Shown here: piece by piece, positions 25,201 through 36,300 of the stretch
Numbering within the stretch: position 1 is the first letter of the stretch
Layout of the letters: each line of letters starts with the position of its first letter
Assembly: GCA_964016885.1 (NCBI GenBank)
Contig: OZ024743.1
Span: forward strand, 135,470,001 to 135,534,000
From: Eledone cirrhosa
Lineage: Eukaryota
DNA length: 64,000 bases
Direction of reading: 5' to 3'
Translations under genes and position numbers: made by a program
The notes under the pieces: model-generated
Told to the model about the DNA's origin: nothing
Database searches by the model: none
Seen by the model: only the letters and a program-made list of their open reading frames with translations

Positions 25201-28200
25201 GCTTGGTGCTGGGTGGTTGGTGTTTGGTGCTTGGTGATTAGTGTTTGGTGCTAGGTGCTTGGGGTTTGGTGTTTGGTGCTTGGGGTTTGGTGTTTGGTGC
25301 TTGGTACTTGGTGTTTGGTGCTTGGTGTTTGGTGTTTGCTGTTTGGTGTTTGGTGTTTGGTGTTTGCTGTATGGTGTTTGCTGTTTCGTGTTTGGTGTTT
25401 GCTGTTTGGTGTTTGGTGTTTGCTGTTTGGTGTTTGGTCTTTGGTGCTTGGTGTTTGGTGCTTGGTGCTTGGTGTTTGGTGTTTGGTGCATGGTGTTTGG
25501 TGTTTGGTGCTTGGTGCTTGGTGCTTGGTGTTTGGTGTTTGGTGTTTGGTGCTTGGTGTCTGGTGCTTGGTGTTTGGTGTTTGGTGTTTGGTGCTTGGTG
25601 TTTGGTGTTTGGTGTTTGGTGTTTGGTGCTTGTTGCTTGGTACTTGGTGCTTGGTGTTTGGTGCTTGGTGCTTGGTGTTTGGTGCTGGGTGCTTGGTGTT
25701 TGGTGCTTGGTGCTTGGTGCTTGGTGTTTGGTGTTTGGTGCTTGGTGCTTGGTGCTTGGTGTTTGGTGTTTGGTGCTTGGTGTTTTATGCTTGGTGTTTG
25801 ATGTTTGGTGCTTGGTGCTTGGTGTTTGGTGCTTGGTGCTTGGTGTTTGTACTTGGTGCTTGGTGCTTGGTTCTTGGTGTTTGGTGCTTGGTGCTTGGTG
25901 CTTGGTGCTTGGTGTTTGGTGCTTGGTGTTTGGTGCTTGGTGTTTGGTGCTTGGTGCCTGGTGCTTGGTGCTTGGTGCTTGGTGTTTGGTGCTTGGTGTT
26001 TGGTGCTTGGTATTAGGTGTTTGGTGCTTGGTGCTTGGTGTTTGGTGTTTGGTGCTTGGTGTTTGGTGCTTGGTGCTTGGTTTTTGGTGTTTGGTGCTTG
26101 GTGTTTGGTGCTTGGTACTTGGTGCTTGGTGTTAGGTGTTTGGTGCTTGGTGCTTGGTGTTTGGTTTTTGGCGCTTGGTGCTTGGTGTTTGGTGCTTGGT
26201 GCTTGCTGCTGGCTGCTTGGTGATTGGTGCTTGGTGATTGGTGCTTGGTGTTTGGTGCTTGGTGTTTGGTGTTTGGTACTAGGTGCTTGGTGCTTGGTGT
26301 TTGGTGCTTGGTGCTTGGTGTTTGGTGTTTGGTGCTTGGTGCTTGGTGTTTGGTGCTTGGTGCTGGGTGCTGGGTGGTTGGTGTTTGGTGTTTGGTGTTT
26401 GGTGCTGGGTGCTTGGTGTTTGGTGCTTGGTGCTTGGTCTTTGGTGTTTGGTGTTTGGTGTTTGGTGCTTGGTGCTTGGTGCTTCGTGTTTGGTGCTTGG
26501 TGCTTGGTGTTTGGTGCTTGGTGCTTAGTGTTTGGTGCTAGGTGCTTGGGGTTTGGTGTTTGGTGCTTGGTGCTTGGTGTTTGGTGCTTGGTGCTTGGTG
26601 TTTGGTGTTTGGTCCTTGGTGCTTGGTGTTTGGTGTTTGGTGTTTGCTGTTTGGTGTTTGGTGTTTGGTGTTAGCTGTTTGGTGTCTGCTTTTTGGTGTT
26701 TGGTGTTGGCTGTATGTTATTTGCTGTTTGGTGTTTGGTGTTTGGTGTTTAGTGCTTGGTGCTTGGTGTTTGGTGTTTGGTGCTTGGTGCTTGGAATTTG
26801 GTGTTTGGTGCTTGGTGCTTGGTGTTTTGTGTTTGGTGTTTGGTTTTTGGTGCTTGGTGCTTGGTGCTTGTTGCTTGGTGTTTGGTGCTTGGTGCTTGGT
26901 GCTTGGTGTTAGGTGTTTGGTGCTTGGTGCTTGGTGTTTGGTGCTTGGTGTTTGGTGTTTGCTGTTTGGTGTTTGGTGCTTGGTGTTTGGTGTTTGCTGT
27001 TTGGTGTCTGCTTTTTGGTGATTGGTGTTTGGTGTATGGTGTTTGCTGTTTCGTGTTTGGTGTTTGCTGTTTGGTGTTTGGTGTTTGCTGTTTGGTGTTT
27101 GGTCTTTGGTGCTTGGTGTTTGGTGCTTGGTGCTTGGTGTTTGGTGTTTGGTGCTTGGTGCTTGGTGCTTCGTGTTTGGTGTTTGGTGCTTGGTGTCTGG
27201 AGCTTGGTGTTTGGTGTTTGTGCTTGGTGTTTGGTGTTTGGTGCTTGGTGCTTGGTGTTTGGTGCTTGGTGCTTGGTGTTTGTGCTTGGTGCTTGGTGTT
27301 TGGTGTTTGGTGCTTGGTGCTTGGTGCTTGGTGTTTGGTGTTTGGTGCTTGGTGCTTGGTGTTTGGTGTTTGGTTCTTGGTGCTTGGTATTTGGTGCTTG
27401 GTGCTTGCTGCTTGGTGTTTGGTGCTTGGTGATTGATGCTTGGTGTTTGATGCTTGGTGCTTGGTGTTTGGTTTTTGGTGCTAGGTGCTTGGTGCTTGGT
27501 GTTTGGTGCTTGGTGTTTCGTGTTTGCTGCTTGGTGCTTGGGGCTTGGTGTTTGGTACTTGGTGCTTGGTGCTTGGTGTTTGGTGCTTGGTGCTTGGTGT
27601 ATGGTGTTTGGTGTTTGATGCTTGGTGTTTGGTGTTTGGTGCTTGGTGCTTGGTGTTTGTTGCTTGGTACTTGGTTCATGGTGTTTGGTGCTGGGTGCTT
27701 GGTGTTTGCTGCTTGGTGCTTGGTGTTTGGTGTTTGGTGCTTGGTGTTTGGTGTTTGGTGCTTGGTGCTTGGTGTTTGTTGCTTGGTACTTGGTGCATGG
27801 TGTTTGGTGCTGGGTGCTTGGTGTTTGGTGCTTGGTGTTTGGTACTTGGTGCTTGGTGTTTGGTGTTTGGTGTTTGATGCTTGGTGTTTGATGCTTGGTG
27901 CTTGGTGCTTGGTGTTTGGTGCTTGGTGTTTGTACTTGGTGCTTGGTGTTTTGTGCTTGGTTCTTTGTGTTTGGTGTTTGGTGCTTGGTGCTTGGTGCTT
28001 GGTGTTAGGTGTTTGGTGCTTGGTGCTTGGTGTTTGGTGTTTGGTCCTTGGTGCTTGGTGTTTAGTGCTTGGTGCTTGGTGTTTGTTGTTTGGTGCTTTC
28101 TGCTTGCTGCTTGGCGTTTGGTGCTTGGTGCTTGGTGCTTGTGGTTTGGTGTTTGGTGCTAGGTGCTTGGTGTTTGGTGTTTGGTGTTTAATTCTTGGTG

Positions 28201-31200
28201 TTTGGTGCTTGGTGTTTGGTGTTTTGTGCTTAGTGCTTGGGGCTTGGTGTTTAGTGCTTGGTGCTTGGTGCTTGGTGTTTGGTGCTTGGTGCTTGGTGTT
28301 TGGTGTTTGGTGTTTGGTGCTTGGTGCTTGGTGTTTGGTGCTTGGTGCTTGGTGCTGGGTGGTTGGTATTTGGTGATTGGTGCTTGGTGTTTGGTGCTTG
28401 GTGCTTGGTGCTTGCTGTTTGGTGCTTGGTGCTTGGTGCTTGGTCTTTGGTGCTTGGTGTTTGGTGCTTGGTGCTTGGTGCTTGGTGTTTGGTGCTTGGT
28501 GATTAGTGTTTGGTGCTTGGTGCTTGGGGTTTGGTGTTTGGTGCTTGGTACTTGGTGTTTGGTGCTTGGTGTTTGGTGTTTGCTGTTTGGTGTTTGGTGT
28601 TTGCTGTTTGCTGTTTGCTGTTTGCTTTTTGGTGTTTGGTGTTTGCTGTATGGTGTTTGCTGTTTGGTGTTTGGTGTTTGCTGTTTGGTGTTTGGTGTTT
28701 GCTGTTTGGTCTTTGGTGCTTGGTGTTTGGTGCTTGGTGCTTGGTGTTTGGTGTTTGGTGCTTGGTGCTTGGTGTTTGGTGTTTGTTGCTTGGTGCTTGG
28801 TGCTTGGTGTTTGGTGTTTGGTGTTTGGTGCTTGGTGTCTGGTGCTTGGTGTTTGGTGTTTGGTGTTTGGTGCTTCGTGTTTGGTGTTTGGTGTTTGGTG
28901 CTTGGTGTTTGGTGTTTGGTGTTTGGTGTTTGGTGCTTGTTGCTTGGTGCTTGGTGCTTGGTGTTTGGTTCTTGGTTCTTGGTGTTTGGTACTTGGTGCT
29001 TGGTGTTTGGTGCTGGGTGCTTGGTGTTTGGTGCTTGGTGCTTGGTGCTTGCTGTTTGGTGTTTGGTGCTTGGTGCTTGGTGTTTGGTGTTTGGTGTTAT
29101 ATGCTTGGTGTTTGATGCTTGGTGCTTGGTGCTTGGTATTTGGTGTTTGGTGCTTGGTGTTTGTACTTGGTGCTTGGTTCTTGGTTCTTGGTGCTTGGTG
29201 CTTGGTGCTTGGTGCTTGGTGCTTGGTGTTTGGTGCTTGGTGTTTGGTGCTTGGTGTTTGGTGCTTGGTGCCTGGTGCTTGGTGCTTGGTGCTTGGTGCT
29301 TGGTGCTTGGTGTTTGGTGCTTGGTGCTTGGTGTTTGGTGTTTGGTGCTTGGTGTTTGGTGCTTGGTGCTTGGTGTTTGGTGTTTGGTGCTTGGTGTTTG
29401 GTACTTGGTACTTGGTGCTTGGTGCTTGGTGTTAGGTGTTTGGTGCTTGGTGCTTGGTGTTTGGTTTTTGGTGCTTGGTGCTTGGTGTTTGGTGTTTGGT
29501 GCTTGCTGCTGGCTGCTTGGTATTTGGTGCTTGGTGATTGGTGCTTGGTGTTTGGTGCTTGGTGTTTGGTGTTTGGTACTAGGTGCTTGGTGTTTGGTGT
29601 TTGGTGCTTGGTGCTTGGTGTTTGGTGTTTGGTGTTTGGTGCTTGGTGCTTGGTGCTTGGTGCTGGGTGGTTGGTGTTTGGTGTTTGGTGATTAGTGTTT
29701 GGTGCTAGGTGCTTGGGGTTTGGTGTTTGGTGCTTGGTGCATGGTGTTTGGTGCTTGGTGCTTGGTGTTTGGTGCTTGGTGCTTGGTGTTTGGTGTTTGC
29801 TGTTTGCTGTTTGGTGTTTGTTGTTTGGTGTTTGGTATTTGGTGTTTGCTGTTTGGTGTCTGCTTTTTGGTGTTTGGTGTTTGCTGTATGTTGTTTGCTG
29901 TTTGGTGTTTGGTGTTTGGTGTTTCGTGTTTGCTGCTTGGTGCTTGGGGCTTGGTGTTTGGTGCCTGGTGCTTGGTACTTGGTTGTTTGGTGTTTGGTGC
30001 TTGGTGCTTGGGGCTTGGAGTTTGGTGTTTGGTGCTTGGTGCTTGGTGTTTTGTGTTTGGTGTTTGGTTTTTGGTGCTTGGAGCTTGGTGCTTGGCGCTT
30101 GGTCCTTGGTGTTTGGTGCTTGGTGCTTGGTGTTTGTACTTGGTGCTTGGTGCTTGGTGTTTGGTTCTTGGTTCTTGGTGTTTGGTACTTGGTGCTTGGT
30201 GCTTGGTGCTTGGTGTTTGGTGTTTGGTGCTTGGTGTTTGGTGCTTGGTGCTTGGTGCTTGGTGCTTGGTGTTAGGTGTTTGGTGCTTGGTGCTTGGTGT
30301 TTGGTGCTTGGTGTTTGCTGTTTGGTGTTTGGTGTTTGGTGTTTGGTGTTTGCTGTTTGGTGTCTGCTTTTTGGTGTTTGGTGTTTGCTGTATGGTGTTT
30401 GCTGTTTCGTGTTTGGTGTTTGCTGTTTGGTGTTTGGTGCTTCGTGTTTGGTGTTTGTTTTTGGTGCTTGGTGTCTGGTGCTTGATGTTTGGTGTTTGGT
30501 GCTTGGTGTTTGGTGTTTGGTGCTTGGTGCTTGGTGTTTGGTGCTTGGTGCTTGGTGTTTGGTGTTTGGTTCTTGGTGCTTGGTATTTGGTGCTTGGTGC
30601 TTGCTGCTTGGTGTTTGGTGCTTGGTGATTGATGCTTGGTGTTTGGTTCTTGGTGCTCAGTGTTTGGTTTTTGGTGCCAGGTGCTTGGTGCATGGTGTTT
30701 GGTGCTTGGTGTTTGGTGTTTGGTGGTTGGTGCTTGGGGATTGGTGTTTGGTACTTGGTGCTTGGTGCTTGGTGTTTGGTGCTTGGTGCTTGGTGTTTGG
30801 TGTTTGGTGCTTGGTGCTTGGTGTTTGGTGCTTGGTGCTTGGTGTTTGGTGTTTGGTGCTTGGTGCTTGGTGTTTGGTGCTTGGTGCTTGGTGCTTGTTG
30901 TTTGGTGATTGGTGCTTGGTGCTTGGTGTTTGGTGTTTGGTGTTTGGTGCTTGGTGCTTGGGGCTTGGTGTTTGGTGCTTGGTGCTTGGTGCTTGGTGCT
31001 TGGTGCTTGGTGTTTGGTGCTTGGTGCTTGGTGCCTGGTGTTTGGTGTTTGGTGCTTGGTGTTTTATGCTTGGTGTTTGATGTTTGGTGCTTGGTGCTTG
31101 GTGTTTGGTGCTTGGTGCTTGGTGTTTATACTTGGTGCTTGGTGCTTGGTTCTTGGTGTTTGGTGCTTGGTGCTTGGTGCTTGGTGCTTGGTGTTTGGTG

Positions 31201-34200
31201 CTTGGTGTTTGGTGCTTGGTGCCTGGTGCTTGGTGCTTGGTGCTTGCTGTTTGGTGCTTGGTGTTTGGTGCTTGGTATTAGGTATTTGGTGCTTGGTGCT
31301 TGGTGTTTGGTGTTTGGTGCTTGGTGTTTGGTGCTTGGTGCTTGGTGTTTGGTGTTTGGTGCTTGGTGTTTGGTGCTTGGTACTTGGTGCTTGGTGCTTG
31401 GTGTTAGGTGTTTGGTGCTTGGTGCTTGGTGTTTGGTTTTTGGTGCTTGGTGCTTGGTGTTTGGTGTTTGGTGCTTGCTGGTGGCTGCTTGGTGTTTGGT
31501 GCTTGGTGATAGGTGCTTGGTGTTTGGTGCTTGGTGTTTGGTGTTTGGTACTAGGTGCTTGGTGCTTGGTGTGTGGTGCTTGGTGCTTTGGTTTGGTGTT
31601 TGGTGCTTGGTGCTTGGTGTTTGGTGCTTGGTGCTGGGTTCTGGGTGGTTGGTCTTTGGTGCTTGGTGTTTGGTGCTGGGTGCTTGGTGTTTGGTGCTTG
31701 GTGCTTGGTCTTTGGTGTTTGGTGTTTGGTGTTTGGTGTTTGGTGCTTGGTGCTTGGTGCTTGGTGTTTGGTGCTTGGTGCTTGGTGTTTGGTGCTTGGT
31801 GCTTAGTGTTTGGTGCTAGGTGCTTGGGGTTTGGTGTTTGGTGCTTGGTGCTTGGTGTCTGGTGCTTGGTGCTTGGTGTTTGGTGTTTGGTGCTTGGTGC
31901 TTGGTGTTTGGTGTTTGCTGTTTGCTGTTTGGTGTTTGTTGTTTGGTGTTTGTTGTTTGGTGTTTGCTGTTTGGTGTTTGGTGTTTGGTGTTTGCTGTTT
32001 GGTGTCTGCTTTTTGGTGTTTGGTGTTTGCTGTATGTTATTTGCTGTTTGGTGTTTGGTGTTTGGTGTTTGGTGCAGGGTGCTTGGTGTTTGGTGCTTGG
32101 TGCTTGGTGTTTGGTGCCTGGTGCTTGGTGCTTGGTGTTTGGTGTTTGGTGCTTGGAGTTTGGTGTTTGGTGCTTGCTGCTTGGTGTTTTGTGTTTGGTG
32201 TTTGGTTTTTGGTGCTTGGTGCTTGGTGCTTGGTGCTTGGTCCTTGGTGTTTGGTGCTTGGTGCTTGGTGTTTGTACTTGGTGCTTGGTGCTTGGTGTTT
32301 GGTTCTTGGTTCTTGGTGTTTGGTGCTTGGTGCTTGGTGCTTGGTGTTTGGTGTTTGGTGCTTGGTGCTTGGTGTTTGGTGCTTGGTGTTTGGTGTTTGC
32401 TGTTTGGTGTTTCGTGTTTGGTGTTTGGTGTTTGGTGTTTGATTCTTGGTGTTTGGTGCTTGGTGTTTGGTGTTTTGTGCTTGGTGCTTGGGGCTTGGTG
32501 TTTAGTGCTTGGTGCTTGGTGCTTGGTGTTTGGTGCTTGGTGCTTGGTGTTTGGTGTTTGGTGTTTGGTGCTTGGTGCTTGGTGTTTGGTGCTTGGTGCT
32601 TGGTGCTGGGTGGTTGGTATTTGGTGCTTGGTGCTTGGTGTTTGGTGCTTGGTGCTTGGTGCTTGCTGTTTGGTGCTTGGTGCTTGGTGCTTGGTCTTTG
32701 GTGCTTGGTGTTTGGTGCTTGGTGCTTGGTGCTTGGTGTTTGGTGCTTGGTGATTAGTGTTTGGTGCTTGGTGCTTGGGGTTTGGTGTTTGGTGCTTGGT
32801 ACTTGGTGTTTGGTGCTTGGTGTTTGGTGTTTGCTGTTTGGTGTTTGGTGTTTGCTGTTTGCTGTTTGCTGTTTGCTTTTTGGTGTTTGTTGTTTGCTGT
32901 ATGGTGTTTGCTGTTTGGTGTTTGGTGTTTGCTGTTTGGTGTTTGGTGTTTGCTGTTTGGTCTTTGGTGCTTGGTGTTTGGTGCTTGGTGCTTGGTGTTT
33001 GGTGTTTGGTGCTTGGTGCTTGGTGTTTGGTGTTTGTTGCTTGGTGCTTGGTGCTTGGTGTTTGGTGTTTGGTGTTTGGTGCTTGGTGTCTGGTGCTTGG
33101 TGTTTGGTGTTTGGTGTTTGGTGCTTGGTGTTTGGTGTTTGGTGTTTGGTGCTTGGTGTTTGGTGTTTGGTGTTTGGTGTTTGGTGCTTGTTGCTTGGTG
33201 CTTGGTGCTTGGTGTTTGGTTCTTGGTTCTTGGTGTTTGGTACTTGGTGCTTGGTGTTTGGTGCTGGGTGCTTGGTGTTTGGTGCTTGGTGCTTGGTGCT
33301 TGCTGTTTGGTGTTTGGTGCTTGGTGCTTGGTGTTTGGTGTTTGGTGTTATATGCTTGGTGTTTGATGCTTGGTGCTTGGTTCTTGGTATTTGGTGTTTG
33401 GTGCTTGGTGTTTGTACTTGGTGCTTGGTTCTTGGTTCTTGGTGCTTGGTGCTTGGTGCTTGGTGCTTGGTGCTTGGTGTTTGGTGCTTGGTGTTTGGTG
33501 CTTGGTGTTTGGTGCTTGGTGCCTGGTGCTTGGTGCTTGGTGCTTGGTGTTTGGTGCTTGGTGTTTGGTGCTTGGTGTTAGGTGTTTGGTGCTTGGTGCT
33601 TGGTGTTTGGTGTTTGGTGCTTGGTGTTTGGTGCTTGGTGCTTGGTGTTTGGTGTTTGGTGCTTGGTGTTTGGTGCTTGGTACTTGGTGCTTGGTGCTTG
33701 GTGTTAGGTGTTTGGTGCTTGGTGCTTGGTGTTTGGTTTTTGGTGCTTGGTGCTTGGTGTTTGGTGTTTGGTGCTTGCTGCTGGCTGCTTGGTGTTTGGT
33801 GCTTGGTGATTGGTGCTTGGTGTTTGGTGCTTGGTGTTTGGTGTTTGGTACTAGGTGCTTGGTGTTTGGTGTTTGGTGCTTGGTGCTTGGTGTTTGGTGT
33901 TTGGTGTTTGGTGCTTGGTGCTTGGTGCTTGGTGCTGGGTGGTTGGTGTTTGGTGCTTGGTGATTAGTGTTTGGTGCTAGGTGCTTGGGGTTTGGTGTTT
34001 GGTGCTTGGTGCATGGTGTTTGGTGCTTGGTGCTTGGTGTTTGGTGCTTGGTGCTTGGTGTTTGGTGTTTGGTGTTTGCTGTTTGGTGTTTGTTGTTTGG
34101 TGTTTGTTGATTGGTGTTTGCTGTTTGGTGTTTGGTATTTGGTGTTTGCTGTTTGGTGTCTGCTTTTTGGTGTTTGGTGTTTGCTGTATGTTGTTTGCTG

Positions 34201-36300
34201 TTTGGTGTTTGGTGTTTGGTGTTTCGTGTTTGCTGCTTGGTGCTTGGTGTTTGGTGCTTGGGGCTTGGTGTTTGGTGCCTGGTGCTTGGTACTTGGTTGT
34301 TTGGTGTTTGGTGCTTGGTGCTTGGGGCTTGGAGTTTGGTGTTTGGTGCTTGGTGCTTGGTGTTTTGTGTTTGGTGTTTGGTTTTTGGTGCTTGGTGCTT
34401 GGTGCTTGGCGCTTGGTCCTTGGTGTTTGGTGCTTGGTGCTTGGTGTTTGTACTTGGTGCTTGGTGCTTGGTGTTTGGTTCTTGGTTCTTGGTGTTTGGT
34501 ACTTGGTGCTTGGTGCTTGGTGCTTGGTGTTTGGTGTTTGGTGCTTGGTGTTTGGTGCTTGGTGCTTGGTGCTTGGTGCTTGGTGTTAGGTGTTTGGTGC
34601 TTGGTGCTTGGTGTTTGGTGCTTGGTGGTTGCTGTTTGGTGTTTGGTGTTTGGTGTTTGGTGTTTGCTGTTTGGTGTCTGCTTTTTGGTGTTTGGTGTTT
34701 GCTGTATGGTGTTTGCTGTTTCGTGTTTGGTGTTTGCTGTTTGGTGTTTGGTGCTTCGTGTTTGGTGTTTGTTTTTGGTGCTTGGTGTCTGGTGCTTGAT
34801 GTTTGGTGTTTGGTGCTTGGTGTTTGGTGTTTGGTGCTTGGTGCTTGGTGTTTGGTGCTTGGTGCTTGGTGTTTGGTGTTTGGTTCTTGGTGCTTGGTAT
34901 TTGGTGCTTGGTGCTTGCTGCTTGGTGTTTGGTGCTTGGTGATTTATGCTTGGTGTTTGGTGCTTGGTGCTCAGTGTTTGGTTTTTGGTGCTAGGTGCTT
35001 GGTGCATGGTGTTTGGTGCTTGGTGTTTGGTGTTTGGTGGTTGGTGCTTGGGGATTTGTGTTTGGTACTTGGTGCTTGGTGCTTGGTGTTTTGTGCTTGG
35101 TGCTTGGTGTTTGGCGTTTGGTGCTTGGTGTTTGGTGCTTGGTGCTTGGTGCTGGGTGGTTGGTATTTGGTGCTTGGTGCTTGGTGTTTGGTGCTTGGTG
35201 CTTGGTGCTTGGTGTTTGGTGCTTGGTGCTTGGTACTTGGTCTTTGGTGCTTGGTGTTTGGTGTTTGGTGCTTGGTGCTTTGTGTTTGGTGCTTGGTGAT
35301 TAGTGTTTGGTGCTTGGTGCTTGGGGTTTGGTGTTTGGTGCTTGGTACTTGGTGTTTGGTGCTTGGTGTTTGGTGTTTGCTGTTTGGTGTTTGGTGTTTG
35401 GTGTTTGCTGTTTGGTGTCTGCTTTTTGGTGTTTGGTGTTTGCTGTATGATGTTTGCTGTTTCGTGTTTGGTGTTTGCTGTTTGGTGTTTGGTGTTTGCT
35501 GTTTGGTGTTTGGTCTTTGGTGCTTGGTGTTTGGTGCTTAGTGCTGGGTGTTTGGTGTTTGGTGCTTGGTGTTTGGTGTTTGGTGCTTGGTGCTTGGTGC
35601 TTGGTGTTTGCTGTTTGGTGTTTGGTGCTTGGTGTCTGGTGCTTGGTGTTTGGTGTTTGGTATTTGGTGCTTGGTGTTTGGTGTTTGGTGTTTGGTGTTT
35701 GGTGCTTGTTGCTTGGTGCTTGGTGCTTGGTGTTTGGTGCTTGGTGCTTGGTGCTTGGTGTTTGGTGTTTGGTGCTTGGTGTTTTATGCTTGGTGTTTGA
35801 TGTTTGGTGCTTGGTGCTTGGTGTTTGGTGCTTGGTGCTTGGTGTTTATACTTGGTGCTTGGTGCTTGGTTCTTGGTGTTTGGTGCTTGGTGCTTGGTGC
35901 TTGGTGCTTGGTGTTTGGTGCTTGGTGTTTGGTGCTTGGTGCCTGGTGCTTGGTGCTTGGTGCTTGCTGTTTGGTGCTTGGTGTTTGGTGCTTGGTATTA
36001 GGTATTTGGTGCTTGGTGCTTGGTGTTTGGTGTTTGGTGCTTGGTGTTTGGTGCTTGGTGCTTGGTGTTTGGTGTTTGGTGCTTGGTGTTTGGTGCTTGG
36101 TACTTGGTGCTTGGTGCTTGGTGTTAGGTGTTTGGTGCTTGGTGCTTGGTGTTTGGTTTTTGGTGCTTGGTGCTTGGTGTTCGGTGTTTGGTGCTTGCTG
36201 CTGGCTGCTTGGTGTTTGGTGCTTGGTGATAGGTGCTTGGTGTTTGGTGCTTGGTGTTTGGTGTTTGGTACTAGGTGCTTGGTGCTTGGTGTGTGGTGCT
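19250..36300 (+). repeat. HOR-B zone: rearranged higher-order units of about 3.6-4.3 kb
   Basis: TTATATGC at 20973, 24881, 29097, 33348 (spacings 3908, 4216, 4251). ORF patterns 20382/24290/28506/32757 have the same spacings. Other pairs: 21592->25241 (+3649), 30276->34590 (+4314), 31084->35804 (+4720). Boundaries are approximate. Confidence 0.75.
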
